Origin: an archaeon
GTDB lineage: Archaea; B1Sed10-29; WALL01
Assembly (NCBI GenBank): GCA_042584585.1
Contig: JBHOSQ010000001.1
Location: forward strand, 3,508 to 67,507
Length of the DNA: 64,000 nt
Direction of reading: 5' to 3'
Under the pieces are notes generated by a model. It saw nothing but the letters and a program-made list of their open reading frames with translations. It had not been told where the DNA came from and searched no databases. Each line of letters starts with the position of its first letter. Within the stretch, counting starts at the first letter, position 1. Positions 34,302-44,240 of the stretch are shown here, piece by piece. A program made the position numbers and the translations under genes.

Positions 34302-34766
34302 TTAGGCGGTTTTTAAGAGGCTAGATTTGTCAATATTTTTCACTTCGCCGGTCTTCATGTCCAGGTCCACCCTCAGCATCCGCAGGGTTTTCGTGACAAT
34401 AGCGACCTTCCACTCGCCCTCACGAAGCGTGATAATGACTTTGGTCGGCACCTCGCGCTGCTCGACCAGGACTTCGGTGAGGCGCGACAACAACTCTTTT
34501 ACCCCCAACGCGCCGCTGGGGTCCAGCTCCGGATAATGGCCCTCGACCAGTGGGGCGCTGGCCTCCCCTTTCGAGACATTGCCGTCAGTTACGTCCACGG
34601 AAAACACTTTTTGCTCCGCGGGATTGAAGTACACCAGGGTCCACTGCTTGATTTCGGCCAATGTCTCGGGAATAGCCATCAGGCTGCTCAAGTAATACCC
34701 GCTCTTGAGGTGGCTCTGGATGCCTTCGTCGGCTTCTGCTTGTTCAACGGCTTTCGCTATCTCCAT
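34302..34766 (-). CDS. Hypothetical protein
   Basis: 154-aa ORF abutting the upstream small membrane ORF (stop 34767 / start 34766). No domain recognised. Confidence 0.6.
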   Translation of the reverse strand: MEIAKAVEQAEADEGIQSHLKSGYYLSSLMAIPETLAEIKQWTLVYFNPAEQKVFSVDVTDGNVSKGEASAPLVEGHYPELDPSGALGVKELLSRLTEVLVEQREVPTKVIITLREGEWKVAIVTKTLRMLRVDLDMKTGEVKNIDKSSLLKTA

Positions 34767-34952
34767 TCAAAACAGCCCGAGGAAAACAATCGCCAGCCCC
34801 GCGGTGAACGCAAGGCCGCCGTAAACGCGATACGTCAAGTCGTCGTACTTAAGCCACTTCTTGAGCCGCTTCCGCGCGACCTTCGGCGAAAACAAGTACG
34901 GGAGCCCCTTCGTAAGGGCCACCAAGCCAATCATTAGCACAATGTAGTCCAT
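34767..34952 (-). CDS. Small two-TM membrane protein (DUF2065-like)
   Basis: Track ORF 34767..35240 overlaps the GT4 gene, so it is trimmed to ATG 34952: MDYIVLMIGLVALTKGLPYLFSPKVARKRLKKWLKYDDLTYRVYGGLAFTAGLAIVFLGLF. Confidence 0.5.
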   Translation of the reverse strand: MDYIVLMIGLVALTKGLPYLFSPKVARKRLKKWLKYDDLTYRVYGGLAFTAGLAIVFLGLF

Positions 34953-34977
34953 ACCCCAGAATACGGCAAAGCGGTAT

Positions 34978-36111
34978 TTAACGCTTTGCGGCGGCCTCAT
35001 AAAGGCCGACGAGCTGCTTCGTGCGCTTTTGGATAGTGTTTTTTTCCGCGGTTTTGCGCGCGTTCTTGGCGAGGCGCCGCCGCCGCTTCTTGTCGTACAG
35101 CAACAGGTTCGCGTCGTGCGCGATTTCCCGCCAGTCGTGCAAGCGGAACAACAAGCCGTTGGAGTTGTTTGCCACGGTCTCAGGAATAGCAAGCGAGTCC
35201 GCGCCCACCACCGGGCACTCACACGCCATGCCCTCCACAATCACAAGACCCTGGGTTTCGGCTTCGGAAGCAATCACGGAAAACGCCGCTTCCTTGTACA
35301 GCTTAACCAAGTCCTTGTCGTCAATGAACCCCGTGAAAATGACGTTGTCTGGAGCCAATTTCTTCAACCGCTCCATGTCCGGCCCGCGGCTCGTCACTAC
35401 AAGCGGGGCGTCTACTGTTTCCCACGCCTTCAGGACGTCAGCCACGTTTTTTTCGCGCGAGAGCCTGCCAGAGTGCAGCACGAAGTCGCCGTCGATGCCG
35501 AACTTCTTTCGCACGCTTTTCGTGGACTTTACTTTGTCGAACCTCTTCAGCTCGATGCCCGTGGGGATCACGGGAATGGGCGCCTTGATGCCCTTGTCCT
35601 CGAGCAACAGCTTGATGGTCTTTGAGGGAGTGATTACCGCGTCGTAGCGGTTGTAATGCTTCGTGGAATACGCCCACGACACTTTTTGGCCGAGCAGGTG
35701 CAGGTGCTTGCCCTTGAACAAGTAATGCACGTAGTCGGACAGCGGCGTGTGGAACGTGGTGACCGCGGGGATTTTGTTTCGCTTCGCCGCGTACAGCCCC
35801 GCCAGGCCGATGGAGAACGGGCCATGGGTGTGGACAACGTCGAAGCCCTTGCCCGCGACTAATTTGTTGATTCGCATTGGGGGGACGGTGGCACGGAACT
35901 CCGGGTACGGGCGAAAAGTAAAAGACTTGAACCGGTGCACCTTCATTTTGTTGTACCGCTTTTTCCCGGGGGTGGGCGCGAAGATTTCAACTGTGTGGCC
36001 CTGCCTCACCAATTCGTCTGCGAACCACGAAGTGCTGGAGACCACACCGTTTACCTGGGGGTGCCAAGTCTCCGTGAACATCCCTATTTTCATTTGAGTC
36101 ACTTTAGCCAT
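34978..36111 (-). CDS. Family 4 glycosyltransferase
   Basis: N-terminal MKIGMFTETWHPQVNGV and the C-terminal E-x7-E region SEAETQGLVIVEGMACECPVVGAD. ATG 36093 is a possible start. Confidence 0.85.
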   Translation of the reverse strand: MAKVTQMKIGMFTETWHPQVNGVVSSTSWFADELVRQGHTVEIFAPTPGKKRYNKMKVHRFKSFTFRPYPEFRATVPPMRINKLVAGKGFDVVHTHGPFSIGLAGLYAAKRNKIPAVTTFHTPLSDYVHYLFKGKHLHLLGQKVSWAYSTKHYNRYDAVITPSKTIKLLLEDKGIKAPIPVIPTGIELKRFDKVKSTKSVRKKFGIDGDFVLHSGRLSREKNVADVLKAWETVDAPLVVTSRGPDMERLKKLAPDNVIFTGFIDDKDLVKLYKEAAFSVIASEAETQGLVIVEGMACECPVVGADSLAIPETVANNSNGLLFRLHDWREIAHDANLLLYDKKRRRRLAKNARKTAEKNTIQKRTKQLVGLYEAAAKR

Positions 36112-36128
36112 ATAGAAAATAAAAAGGA

Positions 36129-36146
36129 GGGGGGCGTTAGCCCCCC
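36129..36146. terminator. G-run hairpin (family member)
   Basis: GGGGGGC-GTTA-GCCCCCC, 9 nt after the stop at 36155 (minus), followed by T-runs on the minus strand. Confidence 0.5.
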
Positions 36147-36154
36147 ACTGGTTT

Positions 36155-38014
36155 CTAAGACGCGTGTCCGGTCTCGTTCAAGCGCAGTACCCAGATGTTG
36201 TCGTTTACGCCTCCGACCCTGGTCTGGCCGCTCATGATGAAACCGCCGGCCGAGACGCTCTGCAGCGAGTAGCCGTAGTCGTTGTCGTTGTCGTGCGCAC
36301 GAGTCCACTCGGTCGCGCCGTCTGCCTTCGCGACCTTCCATACGAAGTAGTCGTAGTCCGCGCCGTTGTGCTCGTAGCCGCCCGCAACATAGCCGTCACT
36401 TACCTCGACAATCCCGAAGCCAAAGTCGTGTTCCGTGCCGCCGTCGTACGTCACGTTCCACGTGAGCACGCCACTCGTGTCGGTCTTCATGATGAGCACG
36501 TCGTTGTCCGGGTTGTTGTTCGTGGTGTACCCGCCAATGGCGAACCCGGCGCCCGCGCCAAGCTCGACAATCGCTGTGCCCTCGTCCTCACGGTTGTAGC
36601 CGACGTCGTACGTCTTGTTCCAAATCTGGGCGCCCGTGGCCTTGTCGACCTTCCAGATGAGCAGGTCGTTGTCCGAAAGCCCGGTCGCGACGTATCCGTC
36701 ACTCACTTCGATTATGTCACTCACCCAGCTGGACGCACCGCTCTGGTTGAACGTCACGTTCCACTGCTCGACGAGGCTGGAGTCATACTTGACAATCAAC
36801 CCACGGTTGATGGCCGTCTTGTTCTTGCCGGCGAACACCAAGTCCGTTCCGTCCTCAATGACCGCGTTGAACTCGTCCTGGTCACCTGTGGAATCGAAGG
36901 TCGCGTTTCGCACCTCGTTTCCGCTGGAGTCCAGCACCAGTGCCCAGGCCTCCTGGTCACCCGCAGTGCCGCAGGTCCCGGCAATCGCGAAGCCGCCTGA
37001 AGCCAAAACCACGAACTCAAGGCCCTGGTCATGGTTTCCCGGGCCGTCGTAGCAGTCGAACGTCGAATTCCACAGCTCGCTTCCGTCGCTCGCGTTCAGG
37101 CTCGAAACGAAGACATCCCAGTCGAGCACGCCAGCGTCTTCCTGGTAGCCCATAGTGTAAAGGCTGCCTTCACCCCCGCCATAGCCGACTTCGTTCCTGC
37201 CACTGTCGAGTGATGCCGCCCAAGGCGCAACCGCTGCGCCGCCGGCGCAGTCCGCGTCGGCTCCGTCGACGTCGCCGTCACAGTCGTTGTCCAAAGTGTC
37301 CCCGCAGCTGGCTTCGTTGGCGCCTTCGTTGGCGACACAGTCGCACGTACCCGCGCCGTCACACTTAGCGCCCGGCGGGTACGAGGGGTCGTCAATACAA
37401 ATTGTTCCCGCGGCTTCGTTCGCGGCGGCTTGGTCGCACACGCCCGCACCGTCACACTGTGATACCAAACAGTCGTCAGCGGTTGTGTCAGTGCACGCCG
37501 TGGTTATCACATCAAACGTACAACTCGAGTCACAGCAGTCACCGTCATCGGTGTTGCCGTCGTCGCACGTTTCACCAACATCGACTACTCCGTCGCCGCA
37601 GCCAGGAGTTCCAGCGGTAATTGCGGCTGTTTGGAGCACGACTTGGCTTACGTCTGGCCCCCACAGCGTCACTATTAATCCTTCGGTTCCGCTGGTGTTA
37701 CATGCTTCTTGTCCAACGATTGGATAGTTACATGCAATACTTCCACTTGTTAAGTATAATGGGCCGGCAATGGGTTCCGAGCCGAGGTTTGCCACAAGTA
37801 TTTTTCCGCCGCCAATTGGTGTCGCAGTGATTGCGATTGGCGTGTTTGGGGTGGATTGTTTCGTGGCAAGGCCCGCACCCCAAAAGTAAAGGGCGACCGC
37901 CGCAACAACAGCAATTGCGATTAGCAGAACAACAGCAACAACGGGGGAAATCCCTTTCGGGTTTTCCGGTTGTTTCTTCTGCAACCGCTTGTCAGTAGAA
38001 GTTCCGCGTTTCAT
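36155..38014 (-). CDS. Archaeal pilin-like (class III signal peptide) large surface protein with Cys-rich repeats and six beta-propeller-like repeats
   Basis: KGISPVVAVVLLIAIAVVAAVALYFW (DUF1628-type N-terminus). CGDGVVDVGETCDDGNTDDGDCCDSSC (Myxococcus Cys-rich repeat-like). CGDTLDNDCDGDVDGADADC (MopE-like motif). Six ~55-aa repeats each end in x-W-N-x-T-(F/Y)-D. Start is GTG 38023 or ATG 38014. Confidence 0.75.
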   Translation of the reverse strand: MKRGTSTDKRLQKKQPENPKGISPVVAVVLLIAIAVVAAVALYFWGAGLATKQSTPNTPIAITATPIGGGKILVANLGSEPIAGPLYLTSGSIACNYPIVGQEACNTSGTEGLIVTLWGPDVSQVVLQTAAITAGTPGCGDGVVDVGETCDDGNTDDGDCCDSSCTFDVITTACTDTTADDCLVSQCDGAGVCDQAAANEAAGTICIDDPSYPPGAKCDGAGTCDCVANEGANEASCGDTLDNDCDGDVDGADADCAGGAAVAPWAASLDSGRNEVGYGGGEGSLYTMGYQEDAGVLDWDVFVSSLNASDGSELWNSTFDCYDGPGNHDQGLEFVVLASGGFAIAGTCGTAGDQEAWALVLDSSGNEVRNATFDSTGDQDEFNAVIEDGTDLVFAGKNKTAINRGLIVKYDSSLVEQWNVTFNQSGASSWVSDIIEVSDGYVATGLSDNDLLIWKVDKATGAQIWNKTYDVGYNREDEGTAIVELGAGAGFAIGGYTTNNNPDNDVLIMKTDTSGVLTWNVTYDGGTEHDFGFGIVEVSDGYVAGGYEHNGADYDYFVWKVAKADGATEWTRAHDNDNDYGYSLQSVSAGGFIMSGQTRVGGVNDNIWVLRLNETGHAS

Positions 38015-38101
38015 GAGTATCACTGCTCCCTAGAAAGGCTTCCCGGCTATTTAAGCTTTTCGTGGCAAGAATTAAATACGCGCTCTGTGTTTTTGTTGGC
38101 G

Positions 38102-38323
38102 ATGAAGACGTATCTCGTGGTGTGGTTCAGCACCGAGGGCCAGCCCGTGTCGGAAGTTACGGGGCGGCTCATGTCCATGGGGTTCAGGCCCATGAACGGA
38201 AACTACGACTACGTGTACGACTGGAGCCGCGACGTGCCGATGGACGAAGTGCTTTCCATTGGGGAGCAGGTCCAGGAGACGCTGCGCGGGTGCGGCGTTA
38301 CGTTCAAGCTGGAGACGGTATAA
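38102..38323 (+). CDS. Small hypothetical protein
   Basis: Track ORF trimmed to ATG 38102 (MKTYLVVWFSTEGQPVSEVTGRLMSMGF...). Its stop abuts the next ATG at 38324. Confidence 0.5.
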   Translation: MKTYLVVWFSTEGQPVSEVTGRLMSMGFRPMNGNYDYVYDWSRDVPMDEVLSIGEQVQETLRGCGVTFKLETV

Positions 38324-39172
38324 ATGATTCCCCCCGGAGTAATTGAGTTCGCGCAGTCTTACCTGCAGGCGATTCCCTCGCTTGTGATACAGGGCGACGT
38401 TGGCGCGATAGTGATTGGATTGATTTTGTTTTACGTCGGGTTAATCGTGGTCAACAAACTTAGTTTTTACATGCTTCGTGTGCTGAAGTACGTGGTCATC
38501 GTCGCGATTGTGGTCAGCGCGTTTTATGCCGTCGTGATGACGTTCATCACTAAAATGGCCGGCGCGGAAGTGCTTTACATTCTCCTCGGGCTAGTGGGAA
38601 TCGGAATCGGGTTCGCGGGAGTCGTCGCGGCGCTTTACACACTGTACCGCGAGGCCACGAAGAACGTGGACATCGCGAAGATTCGCCAGGAAAAAATGCT
38701 GGCGTACCACAAGGAGCTCTTGCAGGAAGAAAAGGACAAGCTCGAGGCCGCGAAGGAACAGCTTGAGGAGCAGAAGGAAGAGCTCGAGAAAAAGGGCTCG
38801 ATACAAAAAATCATTAAGCAGCAAAGCGTGCTGCTGACGATTATTACTTACATTCTTATCGCGGAGTTCGGCGTGTTTTCGTCAATCACTGTGAGTGCGC
38901 CGACCGTGGAAATCGGGATGATTATGTTTGCCTTGTTCACGGTTGGTGTGGTCGTCTACACGCTCAAGAATTATCCGGACCCGCGGCAGGGACTGGTTTA
39001 CTTGGCGGCGGCGTTCGTGTTCGCGTTCGTGATGTCCGTTGTGCTGGGGCACTTTTGGGTGGGGCACGCGCTCGGGGAACTGCTGTCCACTGCATACTTC
39101 GCGCTGGACTCACTGGTAGCGTTCATCACAGGGATTGCCTTGAGCTTGTTTATGGGAAGCAAAAGCTCATAG
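38324..39172 (+). CDS. Hypothetical membrane protein with central coiled coil
   Basis: TM segments flank KMLAYHKELLQEEKDKLEAAKEQLEEQKEELEKK. Confidence 0.65.
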   Translation: MIPPGVIEFAQSYLQAIPSLVIQGDVGAIVIGLILFYVGLIVVNKLSFYMLRVLKYVVIVAIVVSAFYAVVMTFITKMAGAEVLYILLGLVGIGIGFAGVVAALYTLYREATKNVDIAKIRQEKMLAYHKELLQEEKDKLEAAKEQLEEQKEELEKKGSIQKIIKQQSVLLTIITYILIAEFGVFSSITVSAPTVEIGMIMFALFTVGVVVYTLKNYPDPRQGLVYLAAAFVFAFVMSVVLGHFWVGHALGELLSTAYFALDSLVAFITGIALSLFMGSKSS

Positions 39173-39973
39173 CATTTTCTTGAGCTTCAGGGAGTCGGTT
39201 TCAAGATTGGGCGACTCGCAAATAGCTGTGCCCTCTAGGTGCCACTTTTTCATTGCGTCGGCAATCGGCTTGAACCCGGGCTCGCCGCACTCGTCCATTT
39301 CGCAGTGCTTGAGCTCGCCTTTTTCGGAGTAAATGATTCCAGAGAAATGCATGTGCAGGTCGTGCAGGAAGCTCGCGCCCAACTCTTTTTTCATGCGCTT
39401 GAACACGTCGTCGTAATTCACTTTGCCCGCGACGCGCGCGTACACGTGAGAAAAGTCAAGAGTCATTCCCAGCCCAGGCACGTCGCTGCACAACAGCATC
39501 AATTCTTCCCACGACCCGAACTGCGTGGGCTTGCCCGTCGTCTCGGGGCAGAGGCGCACGTCCCACCCCTTTTTCTCGACTACTTCGGTGAGTGCCATTA
39601 ACTCGTCGTACATCGTGGTGAAGACTTGCCCGGGGTCTTGCTTGAGGTAAAACCCGGGGTGGAAGCAAATGTTTCGCGCGCCCATCAAGTGGCCTTTTTC
39701 GCACGAGTCAAGAATTCTTTTTTCAGAGTCCTTGCGCTTCTGTGCCTCGCGCGCGTTGAGGTTGATGAAGTACGGGCCGTGTACGGACAAAGAGACGTTG
39801 TGCTCCTCGGCGTGCTCGCGCAATTGCCGTGCGGTGCCGTTGCCCATGTGCACCCCGTGAGTGAACTCGACTTCCATGGCGTCCAAGCCCAGTTCGCGGA
39901 TGCGTGTGACTCCGTCAAAAGAAGTGCGCTTTTTCGCGGACCACGGCGTGCCTGCTGTCCCGAACTTAATCAT
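39167..39973 (-). CDS. nfo: Endonuclease IV family AP endonuclease (TIM barrel)
   Basis: The collinear metal-ligand motifs HGPYFINL, FHPG, PETTG, LDFSH, HMHFS and ICESP match Nfo HxxYLINL, FHPG, ENTAG, DTCH, HLND and LET. Confidence 0.75.
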   Translation of the reverse strand: MIKFGTAGTPWSAKKRTSFDGVTRIRELGLDAMEVEFTHGVHMGNGTARQLREHAEEHNVSLSVHGPYFINLNAREAQKRKDSEKRILDSCEKGHLMGARNICFHPGFYLKQDPGQVFTTMYDELMALTEVVEKKGWDVRLCPETTGKPTQFGSWEELMLLCSDVPGLGMTLDFSHVYARVAGKVNYDDVFKRMKKELGASFLHDLHMHFSGIIYSEKGELKHCEMDECGEPGFKPIADAMKKWHLEGTAICESPNLETDSLKLKKML

Positions 39974-40371
39974 TACTTAAGTGCCTCAATCGCTTTTTCG
40001 AACAAGTGCTTGTTGTTGCCGGCGGACTTCATTTCCTTGCGGACCGTGGCAAGAAGCGAAAGCTTTTGCGCGGGCGTAAGCCCGTTTTTGCCGGCGAGTG
40101 TTGACACGAGGCCAAAAGTTTCCGTGAGGACCTCGGCGTCTCGTTTGTGGCGCTGTATGTTTTTCCCCAGTAAAAGAGGCAAATTCGGAATAGTTTTTCC
40201 GTTGACTTTTTCATTTTCTTTCGCGGCAATGTGAATGGTTTTTGTCGCAGTGCACACAATGTTGGCCCGTGGGTTCTTCAAGGCGTCCACGTTGGTCTTT
40301 ATGTCAAGCACGGTCTGGCCCTTCCGGGGCACTGCACCCCTTATGTCTCGTTTTTTTCCACCTTTTGCCAT
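39973..40371 (-). CDS. Basic hypothetical protein
   Basis: 132-aa ORF; its stop overlaps the nfo start. No domain recognised. Confidence 0.55.
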   Translation of the reverse strand: MAKGGKKRDIRGAVPRKGQTVLDIKTNVDALKNPRANIVCTATKTIHIAAKENEKVNGKTIPNLPLLLGKNIQRHKRDAEVLTETFGLVSTLAGKNGLTPAQKLSLLATVRKEMKSAGNNKHLFEKAIEALK

Positions 40372-40391
40372 TTAATTCACCTGTTTAACTG

Positions 40392-41174
40392 TTAGGAAAG
40401 ATTCTGAATCAGATCCTCAAGGCTCGCGTGGTGCTGCTCGTGTATTTTCTCGATTTTCCCTAGCGTTCGTTCCAGCCCCCACAACTTGATCCTCATTGTC
40501 TTGCGTTTGGCTTCCTCGGCCTCGATGTCGCGGTCCGCCTCAGCGCCCAGAAGCACATACTGGTTAACCGTTTCAGTGACTTTGGGCTTTTGTTCCGGCA
40601 CCGCTTTTCTCCGCACGTTATCAGTCCGCTTCCGCAACTTTTCCGCGGTCCGTTTCTTCCTCGTGTACTTCAGGACGTTTGCATGGATGTCCCCCACCAG
40701 TTTCCCAACGTGGCCCATTTCCTTCTCGGAGTCCTCCTGGATGCCTTCGAGACTCGTTTTGGACAGCTTAAGGCCTGCTTTCGCCTTCTTCTTCAGTTTT
40801 TTGCGGTTCTCGGAAGACAGCTCGTTCGTTGCCATGAACTTGTTCAAAACGTGAATCGCCATCTGCCTGACCTCTACATCAGAATTCGTCAAGTGCCTTT
40901 TCCCGAGGCGCATGACCCGCGTCTCGTTGAGCAAGCCGGCGTCGGCAAGCTCCACCAAAAGCGAGTGGGTTTGCGCGCGGACGCCTTCGTGTGAGTGCCC
41001 CCGTTCGTCCTTGCGCTCCAGGTTGTTCAGCAAAGCAGTGAAAACGCCTCGGACTTCCTTGGACGTGAACTTTCCTTTCCTCACGCGCTCCCGAAGCTTC
41101 CTAGTCCTCTTCTCGACAACAGAGTGCTTCTTGCCCTCAAGGCCCATACTCTTCCGAACTGTAATCATGAGCAT
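40392..41174 (-). CDS. Basic K/R-rich hypothetical protein
   Basis: 260-aa ORF. TATA-like TTTTTTATTCC lies ~22 nt upstream. No domain recognised. Confidence 0.55.
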   Translation of the reverse strand: MLMITVRKSMGLEGKKHSVVEKRTRKLRERVRKGKFTSKEVRGVFTALLNNLERKDERGHSHEGVRAQTHSLLVELADAGLLNETRVMRLGKRHLTNSDVEVRQMAIHVLNKFMATNELSSENRKKLKKKAKAGLKLSKTSLEGIQEDSEKEMGHVGKLVGDIHANVLKYTRKKRTAEKLRKRTDNVRRKAVPEQKPKVTETVNQYVLLGAEADRDIEAEEAKRKTMRIKLWGLERTLGKIEKIHEQHHASLEDLIQNLS

Positions 41175-41240
41175 AGTAATGCAGTAGGGGAATAAAAAAG
41201 AGCAAGATTATTTATACCCAATTCCACAGAGTTTAATGCA

Positions 41241-42260
41241 ATGGCCCTTACTCCGGACGAGGAAAAGATTCTCGAATCCATCAAAGTCGCTTCTGAAAAC
41301 GACCCCAACAACCCCGAGTACCCGCCATGGCAGCCAAAATGGCCGTCCACGCCCACATACCAAATCGACGTGCCCGGGTTCACCAACGTGTGGCTGAAGG
41401 ACGAGAGCCACAACCCCACCGGCACGCACAAAGACCGAATGGCGTGGGAAATGGTGGTCACCTACCGCGACTTTTTATTGGCTAAACAAAACAGCCAAAT
41501 AAGCGAACTCCCCCATCTATCGATAATTACTTCAGGCTCAGCGGGAATCGCAATACAAACAATGCTCAAGAAATACGAATTGCCTGCACTGAAGTGCCTT
41601 ATCGACGCCGGGCTCGACGAAAAAATCAAGGCGTCGCTCCAAAAAATCGGCTGCGAATTGTACGAAACCGCTTTGGCGAAAAAGCCGTTCACGTGGCAGG
41701 AAATCCTCGCGCTCACACACAACGAAAACGGCTTCGACATTACTTCGTCGGAAGCGCTTGACCCCACCACGCGGTTTTATGATTGGCTTAGCTACGACAT
41801 AATCAACCAGTCGGCCGACTACTGCTTCATCCCGTTCGGCACGGGAAACCTATACGAAAACGTGCTCAATATTAGTAAACGCGAAGTGAGCACAGCGGAC
41901 CACGACCCGCGGTTCAGGGGCGACGTGGAAACGCTCCGCAAATGCAACTTTGTTGGCGCGACTTCGAACAACCCCGGCACAACGGCGGACAAGCTGTACT
42001 CACCGCATTTGCCGTTCGTGCACTACGACGAGCAGTGGATACGGTTTTACAGGCATGCCGCGTTCTGCGGGCCCGAGAGCGACGTGCGGCTGCTGCAGGA
42101 AGAGTACTTACCTAAGGCAAAAGAAATCGCGGGCGCGAACAGCGTTGACTGCGAGCCATCGGGAATCGCGGGGCTCGCGATGATGCTGCAGATGCAAGAG
42201 TCATTGCCGAAAGACAAGAAGATGCTTGTTGTAAACACGGGAAAAACTAAGTACCCTTGA
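41241..42260 (+). CDS. Fold-type II PLP-dependent enzyme (Trp-synthase-beta/threonine-synthase-like)
   Basis: WLKDESHNPTGTHKDRMAWE is the PLP-lysine motif (NPTGS/HxKDR). Glycine-rich loop TSGSAG. Confidence 0.7.
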   Translation: MALTPDEEKILESIKVASENDPNNPEYPPWQPKWPSTPTYQIDVPGFTNVWLKDESHNPTGTHKDRMAWEMVVTYRDFLLAKQNSQISELPHLSIITSGSAGIAIQTMLKKYELPALKCLIDAGLDEKIKASLQKIGCELYETALAKKPFTWQEILALTHNENGFDITSSEALDPTTRFYDWLSYDIINQSADYCFIPFGTGNLYENVLNISKREVSTADHDPRFRGDVETLRKCNFVGATSNNPGTTADKLYSPHLPFVHYDEQWIRFYRHAAFCGPESDVRLLQEEYLPKAKEIAGANSVDCEPSGIAGLAMMLQMQESLPKDKKMLVVNTGKTKYP

Positions 42261-42786
42261 GAACCAGCCACACCGTGTCGATGTATTCGCCGTAATGGTC
42301 TTCCCATTCCTTCAGGACAACGAATTCCTTGAATCCCAGGTCTTCGTAAAGCTTAAGTGCGGCTTTGTTCTGTGGGTTCGCGCGAAGAAACAGGTGATGT
42401 GGGCTCCACTTTTCTTTGGCCGCTTCAATCATCAAAGACATTAATTCGTGGCCGAGCCCCTGGCCCCGCACTTCCTTCGCCAAAGCGATGCCGACTTCGA
42501 CGTTGCCGCGTTCCTTCCACTTGCCCTGCTGCGCGTTGACGCCGCCGACGTGCCTGCCGTCCAGCAAAACGCGCCACGAAATCAAGCGCCCCGCCTCGAT
42601 TTCACTCATTTGGCCGCGCAGCCAATCCGCCTCTTCCTCCGGCGACTGCTTCTCGTCATAAACCAAAAAGGCTTTTTCTTCGATTAAGCCGTTAAAAAAA
42701 TTGGTGATGCCGATGACGTCCTCGTTCGGCTGCAAGTCCCGGACCAAAACAGTGCGGCCGTCCTTCAAGCCGATTTCCTTTTCCAT
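42247..42786 (-). CDS. GNAT family N-acetyltransferase
   Basis: Motif A VRGQGLGHELMSLMIEAA; size is typical at 179 aa. Confidence 0.8.
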   Translation of the reverse strand: MEKEIGLKDGRTVLVRDLQPNEDVIGITNFFNGLIEEKAFLVYDEKQSPEEEADWLRGQMSEIEAGRLISWRVLLDGRHVGGVNAQQGKWKERGNVEVGIALAKEVRGQGLGHELMSLMIEAAKEKWSPHHLFLRANPQNKAALKLYEDLGFKEFVVLKEWEDHYGEYIDTVWLVLKGT

Positions 42787-44216
42787 AAGTAGCCACTTAA
42801 CTCAGTGATTTTTACGCGCTCCTGCTTCTGCGTGTCGCGCTCACGCACAGTCACGGCGTTGTCCTTCAAGGAATCGAAGTCAAAAGTAATCCCGAACGGC
42901 ACGCCCACCTCGTCGGCACGCGCGTACCTGCGCCCGATGGAGCCACCGGCGTCGAAAAACACTTTGATGCCCTCGTCGCGCAATGTTTGGAGAACAATGC
43001 GCGCCTTCTCGGGCAAGCCCTCCTTGTTGACCAACGGATACACACCGGCGTCAAACGGCGCGAGCCGCGGCGGCAAAGCAAAGTACCAGCCATCCTTCCC
43101 CTCCTTAAGAGAAGTGTCTAACAAAGCGAACACGAGGCGGTCCACCCCAAAGGAGAGCTCAAGCACGTGGGGGTTGTAGTCCTTCCCCGGCACAAGCATT
43201 TTTTGGCCGCTTACTTTTTGGTGGCCCTTCAGGTCGTGGTCAGTGCGGTAATGAAAGCCAGCGATTTCGACCCACTTGTCGAACGACGGCAGTTTTACCT
43301 CGAGGTCAATGTGGTACTGGTTGTAAAACGCTTTTTCCTCGTCCGAGAGTTGGGCGAGGCGCAAGTGCTTCCCGAGGCCGATGTATTCCATGAACTCCCA
43401 GTCCTTCGCCAGGTAATACAGCAAGAACTCGGGCATCTTGGTTGCCTTTTTCACTTCGTCGATGGTCATGGCTTTTTCTTTCTTGCCGGGAAGCGCGAAC
43501 AATACTTTCTTTTTCTTTATGGACTTGTAGTCGATGTCCGGCGTGGCCTTGGGGTCGAAAAAGATTTGTAATTCAGCCTGCGTGAACTCGCGGGCGCGGA
43601 TCGTTAGTTGGCGGGGCGAGATTTCGTTGCGGAACGCCTTGCCGATTATTGCGAGGCCCAGTGGCAGCTTCTCGCGGTTCGCGCGGAACTCGCGCTTGTA
43701 CGCAGTGAACGGGCCTTGCGCGGTCTCGGGCCGGAGGTACGCGGTTGTTTTTGCGTCGCCGGCGCCGACGCTGACGGGGAACATTAGTGTGAACGACTCG
43801 ATGTCCTTGAATTTTGCTTTGCACTTGGGGCAGACTGCCTTGTGCTTTTTGATTACGGCATTTAATTCGTTGGCCGAGAGGCCCTCGAACTTTTCGCCGA
43901 GGAATTCTTCGAGCAGGTGGTCGGCGCGGACCTGTGTCTTGCACTTGCCGCATTCCGCGATTGGGTCGTTGAAGTGCTCGAGGTGGCCGGAGGCCTTGAA
44001 CACGCTTTGGGGCATGATGAGGGAGGAGTCGATTTCGTGGAAGTTGTCTGCAAGCGAGAGAAAGAAGCTGCGCCACTCGGTCTCGAGCCGGCGCTTTATT
44101 TCGGAGCCGGTGGAGCCATAGTCGTAAAACCCGGCGACTGGGTTGTGTGGCTCAGCTGTCGGGTAAATGATTGCCCTCTTCAGCAGCAGTTCCTGCAGCT
44201 TTTCGTAGTGGCTCAT
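42765..44216 (-). CDS. glyS: Glycyl-tRNA synthetase (archaeal/eukaryotic alpha2 type)
   Basis: VAGFYDYGSTGSEIKRRLETEWRSFF, class II motifs, and an anticodon-binding C-terminus. Track start 44291 trimmed to ATG 44216 (MSHYEKLQ). Confidence 0.9.
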   Translation of the reverse strand: MSHYEKLQELLLKRAIIYPTAEPHNPVAGFYDYGSTGSEIKRRLETEWRSFFLSLADNFHEIDSSLIMPQSVFKASGHLEHFNDPIAECGKCKTQVRADHLLEEFLGEKFEGLSANELNAVIKKHKAVCPKCKAKFKDIESFTLMFPVSVGAGDAKTTAYLRPETAQGPFTAYKREFRANREKLPLGLAIIGKAFRNEISPRQLTIRAREFTQAELQIFFDPKATPDIDYKSIKKKKVLFALPGKKEKAMTIDEVKKATKMPEFLLYYLAKDWEFMEYIGLGKHLRLAQLSDEEKAFYNQYHIDLEVKLPSFDKWVEIAGFHYRTDHDLKGHQKVSGQKMLVPGKDYNPHVLELSFGVDRLVFALLDTSLKEGKDGWYFALPPRLAPFDAGVYPLVNKEGLPEKARIVLQTLRDEGIKVFFDAGGSIGRRYARADEVGVPFGITFDFDSLKDNAVTVRERDTQKQERVKITELSGYLWKRKSA

Positions 44217-44240
44217 GCAGTGTTGGTTTAATCGCCACGC

